From assembly GCA_964373125.1 (NCBI GenBank), contig CAYJSN010000007.1, positions 6,530-70,529 of the forward strand: a stretch of DNA of 64,000 bases, read 5' to 3'. Position 1 is the first letter of the stretch; each line of letters begins with the position of its first letter. The notes beneath the pieces were generated by a model. The model worked only from the letters and a program-made list of their open reading frames with translations, had not been told where the DNA came from and made no database searches. Position numbers and translations under genes: made by a program. Origin of the DNA: an uncultured Nitrosopumilales archaeon (lineage in GTDB: Archaea > Thermoproteota > Nitrososphaeria > Nitrososphaerales > UBA213). Below are positions 17,551 through 27,838 of this stretch, piece by piece.

Positions 17551-17859
17551 TTGGCGGTTATCTGCAAGAAGTGCGGACTACCCGAAGACCTGTGTGCTTG
17601 CGGTGAACTAGAAAAGGAGGAAACAAAAATAATTGTGCGCCTCGAGAAGAGGCGGTTCAACAAGGACACAACCATGATCGAGGGCTTCAACCCCAAGCTT
17701 GCGGACCTGGTCAAGATTGTCAAGCACCTGAAGAACCGGCTTGCCTGCGGAGGCACCGCAAAGGACGGCTACATCCTGCTGCAGGGCGATCACAGGGATA
17801 ATGTGAAGAAGCACCTCGTTGACCTCGGGTTCAGCGAATCATCGATCGAAGTGCACTGA
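17551..17859 (+). CDS. sui1: Translation initiation factor aIF1 (SUI1)
   Basis: 102 aa. N-terminal CxxC...CxC knuckle (ICKKCGLPEDLCACG), then IIVRLEKRRFNKDTTMIEGF and ACGGTAKDGYILLQGDHRDNV. TTG start with TATA-like TTAATAATA about 25 nt upstream. Confidence 0.9.
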   Translation: MAVICKKCGLPEDLCACGELEKEETKIIVRLEKRRFNKDTTMIEGFNPKLADLVKIVKHLKNRLACGGTAKDGYILLQGDHRDNVKKHLVDLGFSESSIEVH

Positions 17860-17861
17860 CG

Positions 17862-18884
17862 ATGCAGCCCCTGCACGCCAAATCGGCCAGCTGGCACCTT
17901 CTTCTGATCTTTTACGCAGCACTGATCGCTGCAGTATTTGGAATGATGGTGGCCTCCTTCCCGCTGGGGGCCTACGTGGTGTTCAGCACCGATATTGGCG
18001 AATCACTGAACCACGAATTCCCGCTTGACAGCATCTTCTTCTTTGCCGTGCTGCCCTTCGTCGTTCCGCTCAACCTCCAGCTGGGCGAGGTCTTCATAGC
18101 CATCTGGTGCGTCTACCTGCTCTTCTTCTCCATACTCATCTTCGGCCGGAGGAAGAACCTGCTGGACTCGCTGGTCTCGATGGTGCGCGGGGCGGGGGAG
18201 CTCAGGGAGAACTCGCTGGGCATGGTCATCGCATGGCTTGCAGTGTTATACGTCATATCGAAGGGCCTAGACCTGCTCTTAACATCGGCGGGGGTGAGCG
18301 CTGGCGCGATCGAGGTCGAGAACCACCTAGTGCAGTTCCTCAACCTGACCGCCGCGCCGCTCAGGGAGGAGGCCGGCTTCAGGGTGCTGCTGATAGGTAT
18401 ACCTGCCTACATGATCTTCGCGGAGAGGCGCTCCTTCGCGAGCTTCTTCAGGACGCTCTGGCACCCCAGCGGCCACCTGCCATATTCCTGGGACGGCAGA
18501 AGGAACATCTACGTCCTGATAGCCATAAGCGCCACCATCTTCGGGCTCGCGCACTTATTCTTCGGCGGCGGGTGGACCTACGGCAAGGTCCCGCAGGCCA
18601 TCGTCGGCGGGCTGATCCTCGGCTGGGTGTACTACAGATACGGCTTCCACGCGGCCGTGATCCTGCACTGGAGCGTGAACTACTTCGTCTTCTCCTACGC
18701 CTATTTTGGTAGCACCGTGTGGGGCTTTTCTTGGTCCAACCCGGCCCAGAACCCCATGCTCGCCGGCATCGATACACTGCTGACCATGGTGGGCGTGATC
18801 GCGATTGGAATCTTCCTGCGGAGCTTCCTTAGCCTCTCGGTCCGGGGCGAGCAGAATAGTTTTAAGGGCACCGGCCTTATCTAG
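17862..18884 (+). CDS. CPBP (CAAX) family intramembrane metalloprotease
   Basis: 340 aa, polytopic. The three family motifs are present: REEAGFRVLL (EExxxR), FGLAHLFF (FxxxH) and ILHWSVNY (HxxxN). Confidence 0.8.
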   Translation: MQPLHAKSASWHLLLIFYAALIAAVFGMMVASFPLGAYVVFSTDIGESLNHEFPLDSIFFFAVLPFVVPLNLQLGEVFIAIWCVYLLFFSILIFGRRKNLLDSLVSMVRGAGELRENSLGMVIAWLAVLYVISKGLDLLLTSAGVSAGAIEVENHLVQFLNLTAAPLREEAGFRVLLIGIPAYMIFAERRSFASFFRTLWHPSGHLPYSWDGRRNIYVLIAISATIFGLAHLFFGGGWTYGKVPQAIVGGLILGWVYYRYGFHAAVILHWSVNYFVFSYAYFGSTVWGFSWSNPAQNPMLAGIDTLLTMVGVIAIGIFLRSFLSLSVRGEQNSFKGTGLI

Positions 18885-18888
18885 CCTC

Positions 18889-19413
18889 ATGGCCGTGGCC
18901 GGCAAGAGCGAGTTCACGAAACTCGTTGAAAAGTACAAGTGCATATACCCGTTTACACACGCGCTGCTGGACGGCGACGGGTACGTGCTGACGGTGAAGG
19001 ACGAGATTACGCTGAACTACCTAGAGCACAGGAACCTGATCTCCCACGAGGTCGTCTTCACGCCGCCCACCTATGTTGCGCACCTGACCGCAAAGAGCAG
19101 GTACGGAAGGCTGGGCCTCTCGTTCCTGAACGCTGCAAAGATTCACAGCGGCTTCATAGGCAGGCTCGCACTCGAACTTGTGAACCTCAGCAACGAGCGC
19201 ACGCCGATAACGATAAAGCGGGGCGACCCCCTGATGCACCTGGAGTTCATACGCAGGGAGGGCGAGCCGTCTCCGTACAACGGCGAGTACCAGTTCCAGT
19301 ACATGGACGACCATGAGGTGAACATGTACATGGAGATAATCGACAGAGAGTTCGCCAACACCTTCGACAGGAGGTATCTGGCAGAGGTTGCCAAGAAGCG
19401 GGTAACAGCCTGA
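18889..19413 (+). CDS. dCTP deaminase / dUTPase-superfamily protein
   Basis: In-frame ATG at 18889, just after the upstream stop (the ORF track starts at 18805, inside the previous gene). AKSRYGRLGLSFLNAAKIHSGFIGRLALELVNLSNERTPITIKRGDPLMHLEF matches the Dcd-type beta-barrel signature. Confidence 0.65.
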   Translation: MAVAGKSEFTKLVEKYKCIYPFTHALLDGDGYVLTVKDEITLNYLEHRNLISHEVVFTPPTYVAHLTAKSRYGRLGLSFLNAAKIHSGFIGRLALELVNLSNERTPITIKRGDPLMHLEFIRREGEPSPYNGEYQFQYMDDHEVNMYMEIIDREFANTFDRRYLAEVAKKRVTA

Positions 19414-19509
19414 GATTGTAATGAATATTTCTCGATTTGTGATATTTTCAGGAGCGCGGGCGGATCAACTATAAACAAATTTAAGTAACCGTTATTCTAG
19501 ATTGCGCAG

Positions 19510-20022
19510 ATGTACAGTAGCGACGATGCCAAGTACAAGAAGAAGATGGACCCTGCCTTCAGCGGAGTCGTGAAGCTTGCGTCGTTGCTTCAGAAGGCCT
19601 TGGACACGGGCAGGTCCAACTATGTCGAGATGAGCGAGGTAAGCAGATACCTGAGCTACTCCATCAAGACCCAGATCGATGAGAGCGTGAGGTATGTGGA
19701 TTATATACAGAACAACCACAGGGACGACAGCCACTTCAGGCACTTCAGGAAGAGCCTGCTGACCCTCTTCAACGAGCTAAACAATGCCGCAACGAACGGG
19801 TACGAGAAGCTGGTCTCGGCCAACGGCGATGTCAGCAAAATGATGCTGGAGGAGCTGATCCTCCTGGATACCGAGGTAACAAACTCGATGAAGCTCATGC
19901 GCAACGCGCTTATTGCAGCAAAGAGCAGCGGTGAGGTGACGGATAACGACCTCCAGGAGATCGAGGTAATCGCAAAGGAGCTGAACAGGAGCATAAGCGC
20001 CAGAACGAAGCTCTTCGCATAG
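19510..20022 (+). CDS. Hypothetical protein (predicted all-helical)
   Basis: 170-aa ORF with soluble helical composition. No motif recognised. Confidence 0.45.
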   Translation: MYSSDDAKYKKKMDPAFSGVVKLASLLQKALDTGRSNYVEMSEVSRYLSYSIKTQIDESVRYVDYIQNNHRDDSHFRHFRKSLLTLFNELNNAATNGYEKLVSANGDVSKMMLEELILLDTEVTNSMKLMRNALIAAKSSGEVTDNDLQEIEVIAKELNRSISARTKLFA

Positions 20023-20031
20023 GGCAAAGTT

Positions 20032-21519
20032 CTATTCAGTTACGCTTACAACAATCTTCTTCAGGGGAGCAAGGACTGATGGTTCGGCCAGATCGTCCCA
20101 TGCAACCACCTCGATCGTGTATTCGCCACCGGCCTGCGGAATCCAGGAGCGCGCCACCTTCAGCGACTGGAAGGGTTCCAGTGTGCCGGTCACCCAGTCT
20201 AGCTGTACTGTGAAGCCTTCCGAATCCCTGACATACACTATGTAAACGAAGTACTGGCCCGTCGCGTCTAGATTTGCTAGGATCGACTCCACTGCCAGCA
20301 GCCGCCCGACCTGTGGTAACTGTATCTCATTGCCGTCCTGATCTAGCAGCAGGGGCTCCGAGAGAAGGAGCCCCAAACCGGCCTGCTGACCCACCCTCGC
20401 GGCCGCAATTAGGTATTTGCCCGCGCCGTCTTCGTCCGAGGGCACGGTTCTGTCGTGGTACCTTGCGAATATCACGTCGCTCTCCAGGATCCGCAGTGCA
20501 TCTGATCCTGCTCCCAGGGCGATGCTGCCCTCGAATATGCCTGTGAACGGTGCCGTCTCCCGCAGCGTCAGCACCAACCCATCAAGATCGGTGGCCGACC
20601 AGACGCTGACCTCCACAGTATCAACCACGCCGGAATCGGTGTTTTCGTCCGGGTCGATGACAACCACCTTGGCTGAATCTATCGCTGCATATTCAGGGCT
20701 GTTGAAGGAGACGCTCCCCAGATTGCTCGAGACAAGCGCGGAATCGCTCACATCGAAGCCCGATACGATTGTCACTGTCACGCTTATACTCTCACCATGC
20801 TTCACCACTAGGTCGCCGTCTCTGTATGCCGGGTCCAGTGTGAGCCGCAGCTTGCCGGTGAAGGTGCCAGTGTTGGCCCCGGTCTCAAGCATCGGAGGAT
20901 AGTACACCTTGCCTGATGTGGATGTTACTGCAACCTTGCCGACCCCCTCTGCGTTGATCGTGTCGACCTTGCTCCTGTCCGTGTTGAACATCTGCGCAAG
21001 GAGCAGGATCTCCACGGTCTCGAGGGGAGAGTATACCGGCTTGCTGAACTGTATTCCGATCCCGCTCTTCATCACGTGAACGATCTTCTCTGCCCTCACA
21101 GGCGAGCCCGCGCCAGATGATGTTACATCGATGTAGGTGATCCGTATGTCCTCGCCTCTGCCAACCAGGCGGTCGTTTATGCTCTGTAGTGTGACCTCGA
21201 AGACGCCCGAGTTGAAATCCGTCTCCAGCAGGAAGGGATGGTCCACGTCTACACCTGACGATTTAAGGACCTCGTCCAGCGGGGCCTCGTCGAACTTGTC
21301 CGTTGTTATCAGAAGCACGCGTAGCGAGATCCTTTCTTTGCTTCTGGAATCTAGGTTGGCATCGGGTTCGTCAACGGTTATCGTAAGATCCTGCCCGAGG
21401 GCGACCTGATCTCTGTCGGTGTCAAGTGTTGCGCCATAGACCCGGTAAATTGTGCCTGGAAGCCCGCTTATGAGCAGGATAGCCAGTGCCAAGGCAGGAT
21501 ACAGCAACTTGCGCGGCAT
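20032..21519 (-). CDS. Secreted protein with beta-rich (Ig-like) repeats and a C-terminal domain shared with the Kelch protein at 49417..51018
   Basis: 495 aa. Signal peptide MPRKLLYPALALAILLISG. The C-terminal ~85 aa (YFVYIVYVRDSEGFTVQLDWVTG...SWIPQAGGEYTIEVVAWDDL) align by eye with the C-terminus of the Kelch protein. Confidence 0.6.
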   Translation of the reverse strand: MPRKLLYPALALAILLISGLPGTIYRVYGATLDTDRDQVALGQDLTITVDEPDANLDSRSKERISLRVLLITTDKFDEAPLDEVLKSSGVDVDHPFLLETDFNSGVFEVTLQSINDRLVGRGEDIRITYIDVTSSGAGSPVRAEKIVHVMKSGIGIQFSKPVYSPLETVEILLLAQMFNTDRSKVDTINAEGVGKVAVTSTSGKVYYPPMLETGANTGTFTGKLRLTLDPAYRDGDLVVKHGESISVTVTIVSGFDVSDSALVSSNLGSVSFNSPEYAAIDSAKVVVIDPDENTDSGVVDTVEVSVWSATDLDGLVLTLRETAPFTGIFEGSIALGAGSDALRILESDVIFARYHDRTVPSDEDGAGKYLIAAARVGQQAGLGLLLSEPLLLDQDGNEIQLPQVGRLLAVESILANLDATGQYFVYIVYVRDSEGFTVQLDWVTGTLEPFQSLKVARSWIPQAGGEYTIEVVAWDDLAEPSVLAPLKKIVVSVTE

Positions 21520-21595
21520 AGCCTTCGGCTGTAAAGACGCTAAAATGATATTTATGCCATGCTTTGGCTATGAATTCAGATGAAATGAATAAAAA

Positions 21596-22510
21596 TTAGA
21601 GTTTAAGGGTCAGCTTCAGGCCCTTGTATCTGTTCCTTATCGTGACCTCGGTCACACCGGCTGCCTCGGCAACGTCCTTCTGGGTCTTGTTCTCGCCGTT
21701 AATCACGCATGCCACATAGAGCGCGGCCGCAGCCAGCCCCATCGGATCCTTGCCAGCGGATATCTTCGCTTCCTCGGCCTTCTTCAGAATCTCGAGCGCC
21801 TTGCGCTTCGTCTTCTCGGTCAGCCCCGACTTGCTTGCTATCCTTGCGACACATTTTATGGGGTTGACCACCGGCATCTTCAGATCAAGCTCCCGAATCA
21901 GGAGCCTGTAGCAGCGCGCGACGTCCTTCTTCTTTATGTTGCTGGAGTTTGCGATGTCCTTCAGTGTCCTGGGAGTTTCGGTATCCCTGCAGGCAGCGTA
22001 GAGCGCGGCAGCCACGAGCGCCGAGATCGACCTACCGCGGACAAGGCCCTTCTCCAGAGCCTTCCTGTAAACGTAGGCCGACTTTTCGATCACCGCGTCG
22101 CCGACGGCCAGCTTGTCCTTGAGCCTGTCAAGCTCGCTGAAGGCCTGCCTGAAGTTCCTGTCCACCGGCTCGTGAACCTGGCTCCTGCTGTCCCATGTCC
22201 TGAGCCGCTCGATCGTGCTCTTCATCGACGCAGAGAGCGGTTTTCCGGAAGCGTCCTTGTCTACTGGCCCGATTATCGTCGCAAGGCCCATGTCGTGCAT
22301 CGCAAGCGATGTCGGTATGCCTGCCCTGCTCCTGTCCTCGTGCTCCTCCTTGGAGAATGCCCTCCATTCCGGCCCGAGTTCCTCGATTCTTTCAGTCAGT
22401 ACGTAGCCGCAGTTGCCGCAGAACATCTCTCCGGTAGCATTATCTGTGACCATAGGCCCCTTGCCGCATCTCGGACACCTGTCACCCGATACAGAAACAT
22501 CTTTCACCAA
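21596..22510 (-). CDS. tfb: Transcription initiation factor IIB (TFB)
   Basis: 304 aa. N-terminal Zn ribbon CPRCG...CGNCG, B-reader/linker and two cyclin-fold repeats. TATA-like TTATAAAAT about 20-28 nt upstream. Confidence 0.93.
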   Translation of the reverse strand: MVKDVSVSGDRCPRCGKGPMVTDNATGEMFCGNCGYVLTERIEELGPEWRAFSKEEHEDRSRAGIPTSLAMHDMGLATIIGPVDKDASGKPLSASMKSTIERLRTWDSRSQVHEPVDRNFRQAFSELDRLKDKLAVGDAVIEKSAYVYRKALEKGLVRGRSISALVAAALYAACRDTETPRTLKDIANSSNIKKKDVARCYRLLIRELDLKMPVVNPIKCVARIASKSGLTEKTKRKALEILKKAEEAKISAGKDPMGLAAAALYVACVINGENKTQKDVAEAAGVTEVTIRNRYKGLKLTLKL

Positions 22511-22758
22511 TGCCCATTCACCACAAATTTTATAACCAATGGCTTGAACCTAACAATATTTATACCAGATATATAAATATTTGCACTCAAGGACGGCATA
22601 TCTCCTGAGACTGGGCCTCTCACCATCATCTGGGTGCGCACGGCCAGCTGATCTTCCAGCCAGGTACGGGCGTCATGTCTTGCAACAACAGATGATAATG
22701 TCAGCACCATGCAAGGTAATTATAAATATGGAACGAGTAAAACCTTCACCGGAAATGG

Positions 22759-24132
22759 GTGGATACCTTTGGACGTCTTTCGCAGGATAGTACCCTGACC
22801 TTCAGACGTCTGGGTATCGATAAAACACCCTTCGAACTTTTCAGCCAGATTTACGCAAGGTACGATCACGCATTCATTCTGGAATCGCTGACCGGGCCTA
22901 GGGAGATGTCCGAGATGTCCGTCATCGGATTTGATCCCCAGCTGGTCGTCAGCTGTAATTCTGACACATTCACAGTCAGGGATCGCGACGGGCATGCGGA
23001 TACATACAATATCACTGAACCGCTGGAACAGCTCCGCAAGATCATGCCAAGGATCAACGACGATCGGTTCAGGTACATCGGCGGCGCCGTAGGATATGCA
23101 AGCTACGACGCGATCAGGTTCTGGGAGCGCCTGCCGCTTCCGCCAGAAAAGCGGCCGGTAGACTACCCCTACATGGAGTTCGGCGTCTACACCGACGGCA
23201 TACTCTTCAACCACAGGGAGAACCAGGCCTACTACTTCTACCTTGACAAGCCGAGGATCGACGAGCTGAAGCTGGGCGACGGCCAGGACGATTTCTTCGA
23301 GTACGCCGAACCTGCCAAGAACATGGACAAAGACAAGTTTGCCAGCATGGTGGGCAGGGCGAAGAAGTACATCTACGACGGCGACATCTACCAGGTGGTC
23401 CTCTCCAAGCGCTTCAACTTCGATGTGAAGGGAAACCTGCTCAAGGTCTACGACAGCCTGCGCGAGGTGAACCCGTCGCCCTACATGTACTGCCTCAAGA
23501 CCGGCGAGAGGTCGGTTATCGGCTCCAGCCCCGAGATGCTGATCCGGGTCAGCGGAAGAAATGCCGAGACGTTCCCCATCGCGGGCACCAGGCCGATCGT
23601 CGGGGACAGGGAGCGGAACATCAGGCTGAGGGAGGAGCTGCTCCACGACGAGAAGGAGCTGGCGGAGCACACGATGCTGGTCGACCTGGCCAGGAACGAC
23701 ATCGGCAGAGTCTGCAAATGGGGCAGCGTCAGGGTCAGGGAGCTTATGGCTGTGAAGGAGTTTAGCCACGTCCAGCACATCGTATCGCATGTGACAGGCG
23801 AATTACAGCCAAGCTACGACTGCTACGACGCCTTCAGGGCCGTCTTCCCGGCGGGAACCGTCTCCGGCGCGCCGAAGGTCAGGGCGATGGAGATAATCGA
23901 CGAACTTGAGCCCGACCAGAGGGGGCCGTACGCCGGCGCGCTGGGGTACTTCTCCTTCAACGGCAGCTGCGACTTTGCGATCACGATACGCTCCATGTTC
24001 GTCAACCGCAACCGGGCATATGTCCAGGCCGGCGCAGGGATAGTCGCGGACTCGAAGGCCGAGAACGAGTGGATGGAGACGGAGCATAAAGCAGATGCAT
24101 TGATGGAGGCGCTGAGGAGGGCTGCAAGATGA
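22759..24132 (+). CDS. trpE: Anthranilate synthase component I
   Basis: 457 aa (GTG start). Chorismate-binding blocks GDIYQVVLSKRF, NPSPYMY, GSSPE, HVTGEL, FPAGTVSGAPKVRAMEII and RGPYAGALGY. Confidence 0.93.
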   Translation: MDTFGRLSQDSTLTFRRLGIDKTPFELFSQIYARYDHAFILESLTGPREMSEMSVIGFDPQLVVSCNSDTFTVRDRDGHADTYNITEPLEQLRKIMPRINDDRFRYIGGAVGYASYDAIRFWERLPLPPEKRPVDYPYMEFGVYTDGILFNHRENQAYYFYLDKPRIDELKLGDGQDDFFEYAEPAKNMDKDKFASMVGRAKKYIYDGDIYQVVLSKRFNFDVKGNLLKVYDSLREVNPSPYMYCLKTGERSVIGSSPEMLIRVSGRNAETFPIAGTRPIVGDRERNIRLREELLHDEKELAEHTMLVDLARNDIGRVCKWGSVRVRELMAVKEFSHVQHIVSHVTGELQPSYDCYDAFRAVFPAGTVSGAPKVRAMEIIDELEPDQRGPYAGALGYFSFNGSCDFAITIRSMFVNRNRAYVQAGAGIVADSKAENEWMETEHKADALMEALRRAAR

Positions 24133-24716
24133 AGATCCTGATAATCGACAACTACGATTCATTCACGTACAACTTGGCCCAGCTGCTCGGGGAGCTGAAG
24201 ACCGAGCCGGTCGTGGTAAGGAACGACAAGATAACGGTCGAGGAGATCGCGAAGATGAACCCCGGCGCGATAGTCATCTCGCCGGGTCCAGGACACCCTG
24301 CCAACAAACGAGATTTCGGGGTTTCCGGCGACGTGATAAGAGAGCTCGGCCCGAGGATCCCGATCCTCGGCGTCTGCCTCGGACACCAGGGCATGGTGCA
24401 CGTATTCGGCGGAAAGGTCGTCCATGCAAAGCATCTCAGGCACGGAAAGACCAGCGAGATCAAACATAATAATTCCGGGATCTTCGAGGGCCTGAGGAAC
24501 CCCTTCAGGGCCACTAGATATCACTCGCTGGTTGCGGAGCAGGACTCGATCCCGGAATGCCTCGAAGTAACAGCTCGCTCGGCCGACGACGGCGAGATAA
24601 TGGGCATAAGGCATAAAGAATATCCTATGATTGGCGTGCAGTTCCACCCCGAGTCTGTCCTGACGGATGACGGCAGGAAGCTCCTGCTCAACTTCCTGAA
24701 GATGGTGAAGCGGTAG
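24129..24716 (+). CDS. trpG: Anthranilate synthase component II (glutamine amidotransferase)
   Basis: 195 aa. IDNYDSFTYNL, GVCLGHQ (catalytic Cys) and QFHPES. ATGA overlap with trpE. Confidence 0.93.
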   Translation: MKILIIDNYDSFTYNLAQLLGELKTEPVVVRNDKITVEEIAKMNPGAIVISPGPGHPANKRDFGVSGDVIRELGPRIPILGVCLGHQGMVHVFGGKVVHAKHLRHGKTSEIKHNNSGIFEGLRNPFRATRYHSLVAEQDSIPECLEVTARSADDGEIMGIRHKEYPMIGVQFHPESVLTDDGRKLLLNFLKMVKR

Positions 24717-24741
24717 TGCCACCGAATCATCGCCGGCGGAG

Positions 24742-25809
24742 ATGCGTGAAATGATCAAGGATTCGATAAAGAAGCTGGCCGAGTCGAAGAACCTGGAGTA
24801 CCAGGAAGTGGTAGAGTGCATGAAGGAGATAATGCAGGGCGACGCCACAGACACATCGATATCGCTCTTCCTTCTGGCGCTCAAGATGAAGGGCGAGACC
24901 GTTGATGAGTTGAGGGCGATGCTCGATGTGATGGGCCAGTTCGCTGTACGCATAGAACCCAAGGTGAAGGGCAGGCTCGTGGATACATGCGGCACCGGGG
25001 GGGACAGGATAAAGACCTTCAACATAAGCACGGCGGCCGCGTTTGTCACGAGCGCAGCAGGCGCGAGCATCGCAAAGCACGGGAACCGGTCTGTGACCGG
25101 ACCGTCCGGCAGCGCTGATGTATTGGAATATTTCGGCTACGACCTCGATACCGAACCAGCCGTGGTCAGGGAGTGCATTGAGAGCCTGGGAATCGGGTTC
25201 ATCTTTGCCCCGAAGTTCCACCCGGCGATGAGGTTCGTCGCTAACGCTAGGAAGGAGCTGGGCGTGAGGACGGCGTTCAATGTCTTGGGTCCATTGAGCA
25301 ACCCGGCCGGCGTCGATGCGCAGGTAGTAGGGGTATACGACCCGACCCTGATAGAGAAGATCGCGCTGCTGCTGAAGAGCGCGGGGCGGAAAGAAGCGAT
25401 GGTCTTCCATGCCCTGGACGGCCTAGACGAGCTCTCGAACACATGCGTGAACCAGATCGTCAGGCTGAGGGACGGCTCGATGGAGCGCCTAGACCTGGAT
25501 CCACGGAGCCTCGGCCTAGCAGCGGCCAAGCCTGCAGACCTCAGTGTCACGAACAAGGAAGAGTCGGCTATGCATTTCTTCAGGGTGCTCAGCAGTAGCG
25601 CCGACGAGAAGAAGACGGGAGCAGTGCTGCTGAACGCTGCAGCTGCACTGATAGTTGCAGCCAAGTCTGATTCATTCAGCGACGGCATCGAGCAGGCCAA
25701 AGAAGCGCTGGAGAGCGGCGGCGCCTACAAGAAGTTCAGGGCGCTCATCGACAGGTGCGGCAGTACCGCAAAGCTGGAGGAGGCGGAGAGGCGATGGCAG
25801 AGTTCCTGA
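24742..25809 (+). CDS. trpD: Anthranilate phosphoribosyltransferase
   Basis: 355 aa. VDTCGTGGDRIKTFNISTAAAFV, KHGNRSVTG, RTAFNVLGPLSNP. Confidence 0.93.
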   Translation: MREMIKDSIKKLAESKNLEYQEVVECMKEIMQGDATDTSISLFLLALKMKGETVDELRAMLDVMGQFAVRIEPKVKGRLVDTCGTGGDRIKTFNISTAAAFVTSAAGASIAKHGNRSVTGPSGSADVLEYFGYDLDTEPAVVRECIESLGIGFIFAPKFHPAMRFVANARKELGVRTAFNVLGPLSNPAGVDAQVVGVYDPTLIEKIALLLKSAGRKEAMVFHALDGLDELSNTCVNQIVRLRDGSMERLDLDPRSLGLAAAKPADLSVTNKEESAMHFFRVLSSSADEKKTGAVLLNAAAALIVAAKSDSFSDGIEQAKEALESGGAYKKFRALIDRCGSTAKLEEAERRWQSS

Positions 25810-26570
25810 AAAAGCTCGCCCAGAGCGCAAGGCAGGCGCTGGACGCCGGCAACTACGAGATCGAGTTCACGATCTACGGCCCGCGGTTCAGCATGGTCAG
25901 GGCGATCAAGTCCTGCAGCCACGCGCCACTGATAAGCGAGATCAAGTTCGCGTCGCCCTCTGCCGGCACGATAAGAAGGCGTTCTGACCCGATGCTCATA
26001 GCTAGGGATATGGTCGAGGCCGGAGCCGTGGGGCTCTCGATACTCACCCAGCCAAAGATGTTCGACGGCAGACCAGAGTATCTGGCAAACGCGAGACTGC
26101 TGCTGGACGTGCCGCTGCTGATGAAGGACATAATCGTGAGCGATCTCCAGATCAGCGCGGCAAGAAAGCTGGGGGCAGATTGTATCTTGTTGATCGCATC
26201 GCTCTTCAGGGCGAACCTCTGCGAGGGAAGCATCGGTGACATGATCAGGAAGGCACACAGCTTGGACCTGGAGGTCCTGCTGGAGACGCACAACGAGGAG
26301 GAGTTTGCGGAGGCGATGCGCAGCGATGCCGATCTGGTGGGCATAAACAACAGGAACTTGGACACGATGGAGATCGACCTGAAGACCACACAGCGCCTGC
26401 TAAGCAAGTGCGATAAGCGCAAGCCGGTGGTGAGCGAGAGCGGCATCTCCGGCGCGGAACAGGTAAGATACCTGAAGAACGCTGGCGCCGATGCCTTCCT
26501 TGTGGGGACAGAGATTATGAAATCCGATAACATTAAAGCCAAGGTAAGAGAGCTGGTGATGGCATTCTGA
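25794..26570 (+). CDS. trpC: Indole-3-glycerol-phosphate synthase
   Basis: Likely ATG at 25794 (MAEFLKKL); the longest ORF starts at 25755. [45 protein letters not shown]. Confidence 0.9.
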   Translation: MAEFLKKLAQSARQALDAGNYEIEFTIYGPRFSMVRAIKSCSHAPLISEIKFASPSAGTIRRRSDPMLIARDMVEAGAVGLSILTQPKMFDGRPEYLANARLLLDVPLLMKDIIVSDLQISAARKLGADCILLIASLFRANLCEGSIGDMIRKAHSLDLEVLLETHNEEEFAEAMRSDADLVGINNRNLDTMEIDLKTTQRLLSKCDKRKPVVSESGISGAEQVRYLKNAGADAFLVGTEIMKSDNIKAKVRELVMAF

Positions 26571-26581
26571 GTGGTGGCAAC

Positions 26582-27838
26582 TTGAAGTCCAGATCAAAAT
26601 CAAGACGCAGGCCGGGATCGCGCCCAAGCCTCAAATCATACCCCGTGGGCGGAAGGTTCGGAAAGTTCGGCGGCAGGTTCGTGCCCGAGACGCTCATCCC
26701 CGCGCTCGAGGAGCTTGAAAGAGCCTACCTGAAATTCAGCAGGGACAAGAAGTTCAGGCGGGAGCTCGAGTACTACCTGAGAGAATATGCAGGACGGCCT
26801 ACTCCGCTCTACCTCGCCGGGAACCTGACCAAGGCCGTCGGCGGCGCAAAGATATTTCTGAAGCGAGAAGACCTCCTGCACGGCGGCGCCCACAAGATCA
26901 ACAACACTCTGGGCCAGGCGCTCTTGGCAAGGAGGATGGGCAAGAAGCGTATAATCGCGGAGACGGGGGCGGGGCAGCACGGCGTCGCGACAGCGATGGC
27001 CTGTGCCGCGCTGGGGCTGAAGTGCAAGGTCTACATGGGCTCGAAAGATGTCGAGCGGCAGAGGCTGAACGTCTTCAGGATGAAGCTCCTGGGCGCGGAA
27101 GTACAGCCGGTAGAAGCCGGCTCGCAGACGCTCAAGGACGCGATAAATGAAGCGTTGAGGGACTGGATAACCAACGTCCGTGACACTTACTACCTGCTCG
27201 GGTCCGTCGTCGGGCCGCATCCCTACCCGATGATGGTGAGAGACTTTCAGAGCGTGATCGGCAGGGAGGTGAAGAGTCAGATGCTTGCGATGATGCGCAA
27301 GCTCCCAGGCGCAATAGTTGCCTGCGTGGGCGGCGGCAGCAACGCCATCGGAACTTTCTACGAGTTCCTCGACAGCCAAGTGGACCTTTACGGCGTGGAG
27401 GCCGGAGGCGCAACCGGTCTTGCGGAGGGCGAACCAGCCAAAGGCAAGCACTCGGCGTCGCTCTGCGCCGGCAGCGAGGGCGTGCTGCACGGGATGCTGA
27501 CCTACCTGCTGCAGGACAGCGAGGGCCAGATACTCGACACCGACAGCATCGCCGCGGGCCTTGACTATCCGGGAGTCGGGCCCGAACATGCGTTCCTGAA
27601 GAGCGTGGGCAGGGTCAGGTACACCAGCGTGAGCGACGGCGAGGCCGTCGATGCGTTCTTGGCGCTCTCCAAGCACGAGGGCATAATACCCGCGCTCGAA
27701 CCGGCCCATGCCTTGGCCTATGTGATGAGGATCGCCAAGGACTACAGCAAAACCTCCTCGATCGTCGTGGCCCTCTCCGGTAGGGGTGACAAGGACGTGG
27801 AGGTCGTGGAGCGGTACCTGAGCGGGGAAGCACGATGA
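26582..27838 (+). CDS. trpB: Tryptophan synthase beta chain
   Basis: 418 aa. [24 protein letters not shown] (PLP Lys), [18 protein letters not shown]. The start is uncertain: TTG 26582 gives a basic 21-aa leader, while GTG 26645 starts at MGGRFG. Confidence 0.92.
   Translation: MKSRSKSRRRPGSRPSLKSYPVGGRFGKFGGRFVPETLIPALEELERAYLKFSRDKKFRRELEYYLREYAGRPTPLYLAGNLTKAVGGAKIFLKREDLLHGGAHKINNTLGQALLARRMGKKRIIAETGAGQHGVATAMACAALGLKCKVYMGSKDVERQRLNVFRMKLLGAEVQPVEAGSQTLKDAINEALRDWITNVRDTYYLLGSVVGPHPYPMMVRDFQSVIGREVKSQMLAMMRKLPGAIVACVGGGSNAIGTFYEFLDSQVDLYGVEAGGATGLAEGEPAKGKHSASLCAGSEGVLHGMLTYLLQDSEGQILDTDSIAAGLDYPGVGPEHAFLKSVGRVRYTSVSDGEAVDAFLALSKHEGIIPALEPAHALAYVMRIAKDYSKTSSIVVALSGRGDKDVEVVERYLSGEAR

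Noticed and set aside
22590-22710. C/D-box sRNA or Trp-codon attenuator leader upstream of trpE.
   Set aside because: The CTGA and GATGA-like boxes occur in the wrong order and spacing on both strands. The only ATG-initiated mini-ORFs (for example MSCNNR) contain no Trp codons.
22720-23790. Long antisense ORFs inside recognised genes. Examples: 22720..23790(-) opposite trpE, 26636..27709(-) opposite trpB, 24159..25070(-), 38444..39424(+) opposite polB, 54148..55029(+) opposite rad50, 48022..48750(-), 42287..42832(+) and 42729..43484(+).
   Set aside because: They are fully embedded opposite genes with unambiguous family motifs. Their translations are Arg/Pro/His/Gly-rich with no recognisable motifs. 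High-GC DNA generates such stop-free antisense frames by chance.
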